Source of the DNA: an uncultured Aliarcobacter sp.
GTDB taxonomy: Bacteria > Campylobacterota > Campylobacteria > Campylobacterales > Arcobacteraceae
DNA: 64,000 bases
Assembly: GCA_963677435.1 (NCBI GenBank)
Contig: OY781945.1
Span: 896,001 to 960,000, forward strand
Reading direction: 5' to 3'
Positions within the stretch are counted from its first letter, which is position 1; the number at the start of each line of letters is the position of its first letter. Of the stretch, positions 1-8,664 are shown one piece after another. Position numbers and translations under genes: made by a program. The notes beneath the pieces were generated by a model, which saw nothing but the letters and a program-made list of their open reading frames with translations, did not search any database and was not told where the DNA came from.

Positions 1-54
1 GGACATTAAAAGTGGTTGTTAAGTATAAATCTAATCTCATGGAGGCAATTATAG

Positions 55-627
55 TTGAAGTTTGTTCAAAAAGAGTTTAGCTGTATATTTGAAGAAAAAA
101 AGTCAAAATTTATAGCATATTTAATGCCCTATGAATTATTTGATATAGTGATGATTAGATTAAGAAATGAACATCCAAAAGCCAGACATTTTGTATATGC
201 TTATCGATTTCTAAATGAGTTTGGTCAAATAGTTGAAAATAGCAGTGATGATGGAGAGCCAAAAGGTACAAGTGGAAAACCCTCTCTTGCTGTAATTGCA
301 GGAGCCGAGATTATAAATAGTGCAGTAATAATAGTGCGTTATTTTGGCGGAGTGAAGTTGGGAACGGGCGGATTAGTTCGAGCTTATGGAGATAGCATAA
401 ATGAAGTTATAAAAATTGCTATTTTTAAAGAGTATAAAAAACTAATAAATAAAATATTAGAGTGTGAATATACTGAACTCTCTCAATTAGAATATCTTTT
501 AAATCAAGAAGATATACAAATAAAATCAAAAGATTTCTCTACAAATGTAAGTTTAAATATAGAACTAACATCTGAACAATTTATTATCCTAGAATCAAAA
601 CTTTCAAGAAATATAAAAATAATTTAA
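55..627 (+). CDS. yigZ: YigZ/IMPACT family protein
   Basis: Motifs EKKSKFIA, HPKARH, SSDDGEPKGTSGKP, VRYFGGVKLGTGGLVRAY. GGAGG RBS at 41-45 before the TTG start. Confidence 0.92.
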   Translation: MKFVQKEFSCIFEEKKSKFIAYLMPYELFDIVMIRLRNEHPKARHFVYAYRFLNEFGQIVENSSDDGEPKGTSGKPSLAVIAGAEIINSAVIIVRYFGGVKLGTGGLVRAYGDSINEVIKIAIFKEYKKLINKILECEYTELSQLEYLLNQEDIQIKSKDFSTNVSLNIELTSEQFIILESKLSRNIKII

Positions 628-713
628 TTTAAGATTTATATATATTTAAGCACAATTTAATATAATTTAATTTGTTATTTAATGACAAATATTAAAAATA
701 ATGGAGTTGAATT

Positions 714-2429
714 ATGAAGTTGATTAGTAAGATTTTGTTGTTTGGAATAGTTGTTTTTAAATTAAGTGCTGAAGATGAAATGAATATAAATTTTAAAGAT
801 TTGCAGATTATGGATTTAGTAAAAATTACTTCTAAAATTATAGATAAAAATATTTTGATAACAGAAGAGATAAAAGGAAATGTTGATTTTATTTCCAATA
901 AACCTATTAATAAAGATGAGTTAATTAAAATATTAGGTTTTGTTCTTGAAGATAAAGGTTACTCTTTAATTCAAAGTGATGAGATGTTAAGAATTATTAA
1001 TAACATGACTTTAGGGACAAACAAAGATACTGTAATTGTAGAGCTACAAAATATAGATGCCAATGATGCAAAAAAAAATCTTGATGCAATTGCAAAATCA
1101 AAATTCAATGATAAAGTTGAAACTCAAAAAGTATCAATTATAGATAACAAAGATAATAATTCTTTAGTAATAATAGGTGAAAAAAGTAATATAAATTATC
1201 TAGCTAGATACATAAAAAATGTAGATAGTAATAGTTCACTAATAAAAAAAGAAGTAAAAGTTTTTTCTTTGAAAAATGTAGATGCTATAAATGTGATAAA
1301 AATACTAGATTCAATTGTAGGTAAAAAAACATATACAGATGCAAATAGTAAACCTTTAGTTTCAGCAGATGAAGAATCAAATGCAATAGTTGTAATGGGA
1401 CCCTCTGATGAAGTTGAGAATATTAGTAAATTATTAGAAGAACTAGATAAGGAAAAAGGTCAAGTTTATGTACAAGCTAGAATCATTGAAGTAAATGATG
1501 AGGTTGTTAATAATGTTGGAGTTCAATATGGGATATTTGGAGGAACTACTGGAAGTAATGGACTTGCAACTTTCTCTTCAAATTTAAATGGTGGTTCAAA
1601 TGCAATCTCTTTAGTTAAAGATGCCATTGGTTTAAATATTCCTGATATAACATCAGGTTTAGCACTTGGAGCTTCTTTGAATCTTTTAAAACAAAATGGT
1701 GCTTTAGATGTAGTTTCAGAACCATCTATTTTAGCTGTAAATAATAAAGAGAGTTCTATTTATGTTGGTGAAAAAATATCTATTCAGATTTCAAGTTCTG
1801 TAACAGATGGCGGAACACAAAGAACAAATTATCAACGAGAAGATGTGGGTTTAACACTTAAAGTAAAACCAAGAATCTCAAGTGAATCAAAAGTTACACT
1901 TGAAATAAGTACTTTATTAGAGGGAATTAAAAGTACTCAAACAATTAGTGGAAATCCAGATACTCTAAAAAAAGAGATTAAAACAACTGCTATTTTAAAT
2001 AATGGTGAGAGTGTAATAATTGGTGGATTAATAGAAAATAAAAATGAATCAACTATTCAAAAAGTTCCAGTTTTAGGTGATATTCCTGTCGTTGGGAATC
2101 TTTTTACGAATGATGCGAATACTTTAAAAAAGAACAATTTAGTAGTAATTATAACTCCCTATTTGATACCAAAAGCAAAAGATATTACTTATGTTAGAAA
2201 CCAGTTAGCTGAACTTAAAGCTATGGAAGATAAGTATTTAGAAGATTCTTTAATTAGATTAAAAGAAAATGCAATTAAGAAAAAAATAGAAACTCAAAAA
2301 AGAGAAGAAAAAATAACTAAGTTAAATAATCAATTAAAAGATTTAAATACAAAAAAATCAACTTCTTTTATTGATGAAAAAACAGAATATGAAAAAAGAA
2401 TAAGAGAACTTTTAGGACAAGGAAGTTGA
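714..2429 (+). CDS. gspD: Type II secretion system secretin (GspD-like)
   Basis: Signal peptide; N0 domain (NINFKD...IKGNVDFIS); two Secretin_N repeats; QVYVQARIIEV; secretin core REDVGLTLKVKPRI and IIGGLI...KVPVLGDIPVVGNLF...LVVIITPYLI. Confidence 0.88.
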   Translation: MKLISKILLFGIVVFKLSAEDEMNINFKDLQIMDLVKITSKIIDKNILITEEIKGNVDFISNKPINKDELIKILGFVLEDKGYSLIQSDEMLRIINNMTLGTNKDTVIVELQNIDANDAKKNLDAIAKSKFNDKVETQKVSIIDNKDNNSLVIIGEKSNINYLARYIKNVDSNSSLIKKEVKVFSLKNVDAINVIKILDSIVGKKTYTDANSKPLVSADEESNAIVVMGPSDEVENISKLLEELDKEKGQVYVQARIIEVNDEVVNNVGVQYGIFGGTTGSNGLATFSSNLNGGSNAISLVKDAIGLNIPDITSGLALGASLNLLKQNGALDVVSEPSILAVNNKESSIYVGEKISIQISSSVTDGGTQRTNYQREDVGLTLKVKPRISSESKVTLEISTLLEGIKSTQTISGNPDTLKKEIKTTAILNNGESVIIGGLIENKNESTIQKVPVLGDIPVVGNLFTNDANTLKKNNLVVIITPYLIPKAKDITYVRNQLAELKAMEDKYLEDSLIRLKENAIKKKIETQKREEKITKLNNQLKDLNTKKSTSFIDEKTEYEKRIRELLGQGS

Positions 2430-2433
2430 AAAA

Positions 2434-3051
2434 TTAAGCGTTAATTAAAGCCATTAATTTTTCATTTAAAACTAAAGATGACATAGTACTTTTAGGATTT
2501 TGAGAATGAAGAATTTTATTACAATCAATACATAAAGTGATGATATTTTCTAGATTGTAACCACCACCATCTTTTATATCTTTTACAAAACAAGTATAAC
2601 TATCTTTTAAATTAAGATTATTACCACATCTATTACAACATTTATTATCTCTTTTCCAAGCAAACTCTTTTCTTAGTGGCCAATCACTTGGATATTTTGG
2701 ATTAGATATGGATTTTTCTTCATAGTTAAGCCAATGTTTTTCCCTTGGAATATCATCTTGTGTTTTTTTTGCATAAGCATAATTGAAAAATTGAGAAATT
2801 ACATTTTCAATAATTATAGTTTCCCTTAGTTCTAAATTTGGCTCATTTACAGTTCTATTAATAAAACTATAATCAATTTTTATTTTTGGATGAAAATTTG
2901 ACATATATTCTTTTAAATCACTTACAAATAGAGGAAAACCTCCATTATTTTTGTAGTTTTTTGAAAAAATCTTTTCCCTATAAATATAAAGGGGTAATAA
3001 ACAAACTATAATTAAGCTTGAATAAAATACATAAGTCAAATCTAAAATCAA
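2434..3051 (-). CDS. Membrane-anchored HNH-fold (McrA-like Zn-binding) protein, probably nuclease-dead
   Basis: N-terminal hydrophobic helix (aa ~5-24). C-terminal W..RK....RD.KCCNRCG...GG...LENIITLCIDCN...H pattern typical of HNH domains. Confidence 0.75.
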   Translation of the reverse strand: MILDLTYVFYSSLIIVCLLPLYIYREKIFSKNYKNNGGFPLFVSDLKEYMSNFHPKIKIDYSFINRTVNEPNLELRETIIIENVISQFFNYAYAKKTQDDIPREKHWLNYEEKSISNPKYPSDWPLRKEFAWKRDNKCCNRCGNNLNLKDSYTCFVKDIKDGGGYNLENIITLCIDCNKILHSQNPKSTMSSLVLNEKLMALINA

Positions 3052-3060
3052 AATTTAGTC

Positions 3061-4155
3061 CTAGATTATTTCAGGATTAATTTGATGATTCTTTAATGTT
3101 TTTAAAGCCTCAGTATGATTTCCTGATACTAATTTTTGTAATTCATTTTTATGAATAACTGGAAGAATAATTTCTCTTCCACAAATTTTTTCTAATTGTT
3201 TTCTATTGTAATCAAAAATATAAAAATCTTCATTTGTATCAACAAGTAAAAAATCAGCATTATTATCAAAAGCATCAAGTAAAATTGTTGCAGCAACATG
3301 GTAAGTAATCAAAGGATTTCTATTAAAAGTATATTTCGCTAAATCTAGTTTCATACTATCAAGTTTTAGAATTTTAGCATTTAACTTATCTAATAAATCT
3401 AAAGTTTGTTTTGAATCTTTAGAAGCATAATAAGCAATATTAAAATCTTTGAAATCATGTTTAATTTCATAATTTTCTTCAAACTCTGCAAAATCTAAAA
3501 TCAAAGTTTTATTTAACCTAAAATTTTGATTTTCAAGTTTATCAGAATGATTTAGACTATCTTGAATTTTTTGAATTTTTTCTTCAATTTGCATATCAAA
3601 ATTATAAATTCTATTTTCTAAACTTGTATGATATTGTGCACCAATTTCTACATCATCAAGAGCTAGAAGTATATAGTTTGTAGAATTTGGATTTTTATTA
3701 ATTAAATCATGTGCTAAGATCAAAATAGCATCACCAATATAATCACTTTTATAGTTTAAAGTATTAGAAGCATAAAAATATGGTTTTAGTTTTAGATATT
3801 CAGCTTTATCTTCATCTTGCATTAAATTTTTTAGAATTTTCATTTTATCTTTAAAATCATTATCATCAATTAATAAGTCATTAAATGCTCTTCTTATTGA
3901 AATAGGTTCAATTGTAAGTTCTTTTCCAAAGTTTTTTGCAACTTCTTCTAAAGTTATTGAAGCTTTTACATAAACACCGTTTATAACCAAATCAAAATCA
4001 GCAGAATTAGTAAATCCTAAAGTTGCAGTTTTGTTAATAGTATTTAATATATCTAATATATTTTTTTCATTTTCTATTTTTAAAAAATGTTTTGTATAGT
4101 AGGGTAAATAATCAGAGTTTTTATCAAATTTGAATAAAGAGATTTCTAGTTTCAT
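3061..4155 (-). CDS. Conserved protein resembling an SdhB/FrdB + HdrB/SdhE (CCG) fusion without Fe-S ligands (DUF5644-like)
   Basis: LTIEPI...NDLLID and YIGDAILILA resemble SdhB. NIAYY, ILLDAFDNNADFLLV and LPVIH resemble HdrB/SdhE. Only one Cys in 364 aa. Confidence 0.6.
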   Translation of the reverse strand: MKLEISLFKFDKNSDYLPYYTKHFLKIENEKNILDILNTINKTATLGFTNSADFDLVINGVYVKASITLEEVAKNFGKELTIEPISIRRAFNDLLIDDNDFKDKMKILKNLMQDEDKAEYLKLKPYFYASNTLNYKSDYIGDAILILAHDLINKNPNSTNYILLALDDVEIGAQYHTSLENRIYNFDMQIEEKIQKIQDSLNHSDKLENQNFRLNKTLILDFAEFEENYEIKHDFKDFNIAYYASKDSKQTLDLLDKLNAKILKLDSMKLDLAKYTFNRNPLITYHVAATILLDAFDNNADFLLVDTNEDFYIFDYNRKQLEKICGREIILPVIHKNELQKLVSGNHTEALKTLKNHQINPEII

Positions 4156-4206
4156 TAATAATATACCTTGTTTTATAGTTGGATAGATTTTATAGAATTT
4201 TTACTT

Positions 4207-4245
4207 AAAAAAAATGATAAGCAAGAGATTTTCCTACTTATCATT
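4207..4245 (-). terminator. Rho-independent terminator of murA
   Basis: Inverted repeat aatgataag/cttatcatt followed on the minus strand by a T run, just after the murA stop. Confidence 0.7.
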
Positions 4246-4255
4246 AAAAAAGATG

Positions 4256-5521
4256 CTATTCAGTAAACCTTTTTACATCAGCACCAATAAGTGATAGTTT
4301 TCCCTCGAGATTTTCATAACCTCTATCTAGGTGATAAATTCTATGAATATTTGTTTCACCATTTGCTACAAGCGCTGCAAGAACTAAAGCAGATGAAGCT
4401 CTTAAATCAGTTGCCATTACATCTGTTCCATTTAAAGTTCCAGCTTTTCCATTTATAGTTGCAGTGTTTCCATTTAGATGAATATCAGCTCCAAGTCTTA
4501 ACAGTTCACTAACATGCATAAATCTATTTTCAAATAGTCTTTCATCAATTGTACTTGTTCCATTTGCTTGAGTTGCAAGTGCCATAAATTGAGCTTGCAT
4601 ATCAGTTGGGAAACCTGGATATTCTGTTGTTATAATATTTGCAGGTTTGATTTCATCTGTTGGAAGAATTGTAACACTGTTATCATCTTGTAATACTTCA
4701 AAATTCATCTCTTCAAGTTTTGATATAAGAGCTTCTAAGTGTAGAGGAATTACTTTTTTGATTGTTAATTTTTGATTTTTAATAGCCGCCGCACACATAT
4801 ATGTCCCAGCTTCAATTCTATCAGGTATTACATCAAAAGGTTTTATATCTATTAACTGTTGACCAGTTCCCTCAATTATAATTTTTGAAGTTCCAATTCC
4901 TTGAATATTTATTCCTGAATTTGCTAATACTTCGCAAAGTTGCACAATTTCTGGCTCTTTTGCTGCATTTATAATAGTTGTTGTTCCATGCGCAAGTGCT
5001 GCCGCCATAACTGTATTTTCAGTTCCACCAACAGTTACTTTATCAAAAACTATTTTTGCGCCTTTTAATCCATTTGGTGCAGTAGCTCTTATATAACCAT
5101 GTAGAATTTCAATTTTAGCACCCATTTGTTCAAGTGCTTTAAGATGTAAATCAACTGGTCGCTGACCTATTGCACAACCACCTGGAAGTGAAACTTCACA
5201 ATGTCCAAATCTAGCAAGAATTGGCCCTAAAACCAAAATAGAAGCTCTCATTGTTTTTACAATATCATAAGTTGCTGTTGTATTATTTATTGTTGTTGTA
5301 TTGATTTTTGCAGTGTGATTATCTTTCTCATAAGTTCCACCAAGTTTTTTGATTAGCTTTAAAAAAGTGTTAATGTCAACTACATCTGGTAAATTTCCAA
5401 TAGTAATTTCATTTTTTCCTAAAATAGTGCAAGCAATCAAAGGAAGGGCTGCATTTTTAGCACCTGATATTTCAACGCTTCCTGAAATATCTTTTCCCCC
5501 AATAATTTTTAAGTATTCCAT
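4256..5521 (-). CDS. murA: UDP-N-acetylglucosamine 1-carboxyvinyltransferase
   Basis: [35 protein letters not shown] (active-site Cys), [22 protein letters not shown]. Confidence 0.98.
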   Translation of the reverse strand: MEYLKIIGGKDISGSVEISGAKNAALPLIACTILGKNEITIGNLPDVVDINTFLKLIKKLGGTYEKDNHTAKINTTTINNTTATYDIVKTMRASILVLGPILARFGHCEVSLPGGCAIGQRPVDLHLKALEQMGAKIEILHGYIRATAPNGLKGAKIVFDKVTVGGTENTVMAAALAHGTTTIINAAKEPEIVQLCEVLANSGINIQGIGTSKIIIEGTGQQLIDIKPFDVIPDRIEAGTYMCAAAIKNQKLTIKKVIPLHLEALISKLEEMNFEVLQDDNSVTILPTDEIKPANIITTEYPGFPTDMQAQFMALATQANGTSTIDERLFENRFMHVSELLRLGADIHLNGNTATINGKAGTLNGTDVMATDLRASSALVLAALVANGETNIHRIYHLDRGYENLEGKLSLIGADVKRFTE

Positions 5522-5646
5522 GTTTCCCCTACGAAGTATTTATATATATGGTTAATATAATATCTAAAATAAGCTTTAAGATATGGACACTTCAATAATC
5601 TATCTTTAATAGGATTATAAATACAATCTATTTTTTAGAACAAGGG

Positions 5647-6537
5647 ATGAGAATGGAAAATCAGGTTAATAAAGGCATACAATATATGCTTTTTGCCTCT
5701 TTATTATTTGCTTTTATGGGAGCTGCTGCAAAAGAATTAAGTAATTCAATGACTTCTGTTGAGGTTGTATTTTTTAGAAATGTTTTTGGTGTCTTTTTTA
5801 TTTTAATATCTATTTATAAATCTCCGTTAAAACAAATTGGTGGAAAATTTTGGTTATTAGTTTTTCGAGGTCTTGCTGGATTTATTGCACTACTTTTTTT
5901 CTTCTATAATATTTCACAAATACCTCTTGGAGAAGCTATGACTTTTTCCAAAACTTCAACTATTTTTACAGCGGTATTAGCTTATATTTTTTTAAATGAG
6001 AAATTGGGTGTAAAGGGTTGGTTTGGTGTTTTTGTAGGTTTTATAGGAATTATATTTATTACAGAATTTGATGGAAGTAGTTTAGAAAAGAGTGATTATT
6101 TAGGAATATTATCAGGAGTAGGCGCTGCACTTGCTTATACTTCTGTTCGAGAACTTAGAAAATTTTATGATACAAGAGCTATAGTTTTATCATTTATGAC
6201 AATAGGAACAATAGGGCCTTTGATATTAATGATTATTGGTAGTTTTTATTCAAATTCAAATTTAGATTTTATGTTAGGGTCATTTATAATGCCAAAAGCT
6301 AATGATTGGCTAATTATAATATTATTGGGAATATTTGCAACTTTAGCTCAAATTTATATGACAAAAGCTTATTCATTCGCAAAAGCTGGAATCATAGGGA
6401 CAATCTCATATAGTAATATAGTTTTTTCAATAATTTTAGGACTTGTCTTAGGAGATACCTTCCCTTCATTATTAATTGTTTTTGGTATAATTTTAATCGT
6501 TATAAGTGGAATTTTAGTTTCAAGTAAAAAGGAATAG
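5647..6537 (+). CDS. DMT/EamA family transporter
   Basis: About 10 hydrophobic helices in two EamA repeats; EVVFFRN, LAYIFLNEK, TKAY. Confidence 0.88.
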   Translation: MRMENQVNKGIQYMLFASLLFAFMGAAAKELSNSMTSVEVVFFRNVFGVFFILISIYKSPLKQIGGKFWLLVFRGLAGFIALLFFFYNISQIPLGEAMTFSKTSTIFTAVLAYIFLNEKLGVKGWFGVFVGFIGIIFITEFDGSSLEKSDYLGILSGVGAALAYTSVRELRKFYDTRAIVLSFMTIGTIGPLILMIIGSFYSNSNLDFMLGSFIMPKANDWLIIILLGIFATLAQIYMTKAYSFAKAGIIGTISYSNIVFSIILGLVLGDTFPSLLIVFGIILIVISGILVSSKKE

Positions 6538-6538
6538 T

Positions 6539-8287
6539 ATGGAATTTATAGAAAGATTTACATTTTGGGAAGATTTTTGGATATTTTGGGTACTAGTTAT
6601 TATAGCATGGTATATTCATGATAAATATGTACAAAGAGATCACCAAATTTTAGTTAATTATCCAATTATTGGACGATTAAGATATTTATTTGAAGAAATT
6701 AGAGAACCTTTTAGACAATATTTTGGTGATGAAAAATTTTATGAATCAAAAGACAAATTAGATTGGGTTTATAAAGCAGCAAGAGATTTACCAAACTATG
6801 CATCATTTTCACCTGCACAACCGTTGCCTAAACCAAAGTTTATGATTAGACATGCAAATATTGTTTTAAATGATAGCGAAGTTGAAGATAAGTTTGATGT
6901 TACTTTTGGGGAAAGAAGAAAAAAACCATTTACTTCAAAAAGTATAATTGCAAGATCTGCTATGAGTGATGGGTCTATCTCACCTGAAGGTACAAGAGCT
7001 TTCGTTCAAGGGGCATATATTGGTGGATTTCCAATTAATTCAGGAGAAGGTGGTGTTACATCAAATTTTTTTGTAACACATATTAAGTATGATCCTTCAT
7101 ATATGAAAATTGTTGATACTTCATCTTTTAATAAAAAAATAAAAGATATTGTAAAATTTTTCTTTAATGGTGCAATAGCTGCTGATGTGTATAGAAAACT
7201 TGTTTTTAAAAATGATCCAGAAGCAGAAACATATATGTTAGATATGAATAATAGTATTTTTTATAGACCAAATTGGGATGCTCCTCTTGAATCTTTTCCT
7301 AGTGAAGTTCCTGCTGATATGCCAGATATAGTTTTTCAAATAAGTTCAGGGCTTTATGGAGCAAGGGATAAAAAGGGGAACTTTGATCCTGATAGATACC
7401 AAAAAGTTATGAGATTTTGTCAAATGACTGAAATTAAAATGGCTCAAGGTGCAAAACAAACAGGTGGGAAACTAACAGGCCATAAAGTAACTCCAGCAAT
7501 TGCTTATTATAGAAATGTAGAAGCATATAAAGATGTATTTTCTCCAAATAGATTTCCTTACGCAAATACTATTGAGGAATTATTTGATTTTATTGGTGAA
7601 CTTCAAAAATTATCAAGTAAACCAGTTGGAATTAAAATAGTAATTTCTGATATTGAAAATATAGAACCATATGCAAAAGAGATAAAAAGAAGAATAGACG
7701 CTGGAATAGATGCCTATCCTGATTATATTACCGTTGATGCAGGTAGTGGTGGAAGTGCAACAGCTCCATTAGAAATGATGGAAAGAGTAGGGCTTAATAC
7801 AAGAGATTCAGTTTATTTAGTAAATAAAGTATTAATTGATTATGGTGTTAGAGATAAAGTTAAATTAGTTGCAAGTGGAAAAATTTTAACACCCGATGAT
7901 ATTATCATCATTATGAGTTTAGGTGCAGATTTTTTACAAATTGCTCGTGGATTTATGATGAGTGCTGGTTGTATTCGTGCAAGATATTGTTCTGGAACAA
8001 CAGGAAGAGATTGTCCAGTTGGATTAGCTACTCAAAATAAGAAAAAAAGAAGAAAATATTTTGTATTTAGACATGCAACTTATGTTGCAAATTATCATAA
8101 AAATCTTTTGAAAAATGTAAAAGGTTTATTGGCAATTATGGGACTTAAAAATATTAATCAGTTAAATAAACATAGATTATTATTTTTAGATAAAGATTCA
8201 AGAGTACATGATAATATTGATGAGGTTTTCAAAAGAAAACTTGATTTAGGAAAAGATTTAGAGGATGAATACCATGAACTTAGATAA
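6539..8287 (+). CDS. FMN-binding glutamate synthase family protein (stand-alone FMN/3Fe-4S domain with N-terminal membrane anchor)
   Basis: NYPIIGRLRY, SAMSDGSIS, INSGEGG, EIKMAQGAK, KPVGIK, DYITVDAGSGGS, ARGFMMSAGCIRARYC...CPVGLATQ. No glutaminase domain. Confidence 0.88.
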   Translation: MEFIERFTFWEDFWIFWVLVIIAWYIHDKYVQRDHQILVNYPIIGRLRYLFEEIREPFRQYFGDEKFYESKDKLDWVYKAARDLPNYASFSPAQPLPKPKFMIRHANIVLNDSEVEDKFDVTFGERRKKPFTSKSIIARSAMSDGSISPEGTRAFVQGAYIGGFPINSGEGGVTSNFFVTHIKYDPSYMKIVDTSSFNKKIKDIVKFFFNGAIAADVYRKLVFKNDPEAETYMLDMNNSIFYRPNWDAPLESFPSEVPADMPDIVFQISSGLYGARDKKGNFDPDRYQKVMRFCQMTEIKMAQGAKQTGGKLTGHKVTPAIAYYRNVEAYKDVFSPNRFPYANTIEELFDFIGELQKLSSKPVGIKIVISDIENIEPYAKEIKRRIDAGIDAYPDYITVDAGSGGSATAPLEMMERVGLNTRDSVYLVNKVLIDYGVRDKVKLVASGKILTPDDIIIIMSLGADFLQIARGFMMSAGCIRARYCSGTTGRDCPVGLATQNKKKRRKYFVFRHATYVANYHKNLLKNVKGLLAIMGLKNINQLNKHRLLFLDKDSRVHDNIDEVFKRKLDLGKDLEDEYHELR

Positions 8288-8651
8288 GGTTATCTCTGGT
8301 TTTTTTATCATTTTAGCTATGACTTTAAATTTTGGTTTTTTTTACGGTGAAATGCATACCGTAGCAAGTCATAGTAAATATGAATTATTTGCAGCCATTA
8401 TTGTAAATTTAATTGCAACAATTTTAAAATTAGGAGACAAAACTCAATTAGGTTCTGTTTTATTAGCAACTTCCTTAGTTGCTGATATTCAACTAATCGC
8501 AGCAGCTACTATTTGGACTGTGGCAATTTATTCAACTATGTTAGATAGTGAAATTATTGGTATGGTTGTATCTTTATCTGGTGGAGCTTTATTAGCTAAT
8601 ATTACTTCAGTTGTATTATATGTGGGTGATACCATAAAATCAAAAAGATAA
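8274..8651 (+). CDS. Small 4-TM membrane protein (DUF6394-like)
   Basis: GAGGA RBS at 8261-8265 favours ATG 8274 over 8265. Four hydrophobic segments; TLNFGFFYG, LKLGD, LLATSLVADIQL. Confidence 0.65.
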   Translation: MNLDKVISGFFIILAMTLNFGFFYGEMHTVASHSKYELFAAIIVNLIATILKLGDKTQLGSVLLATSLVADIQLIAAATIWTVAIYSTMLDSEIIGMVVSLSGGALLANITSVVLYVGDTIKSKR

Positions 8652-8664
8652 AATAGGTAATATT

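Noticed and set aside
2434..3051. HNH gene as a homing endonuclease, restriction or defence nuclease
   Set aside because: It has a TM anchor, lacks the catalytic His, and has no intron, methylase or mobile context.
6539..8287. GltS-like gene as a gltB fragment or pseudogene
   Set aside because: It is an intact ORF with its own TM N-terminus, highly diverged from gltB, and matches the stand-alone FMN-binding family.
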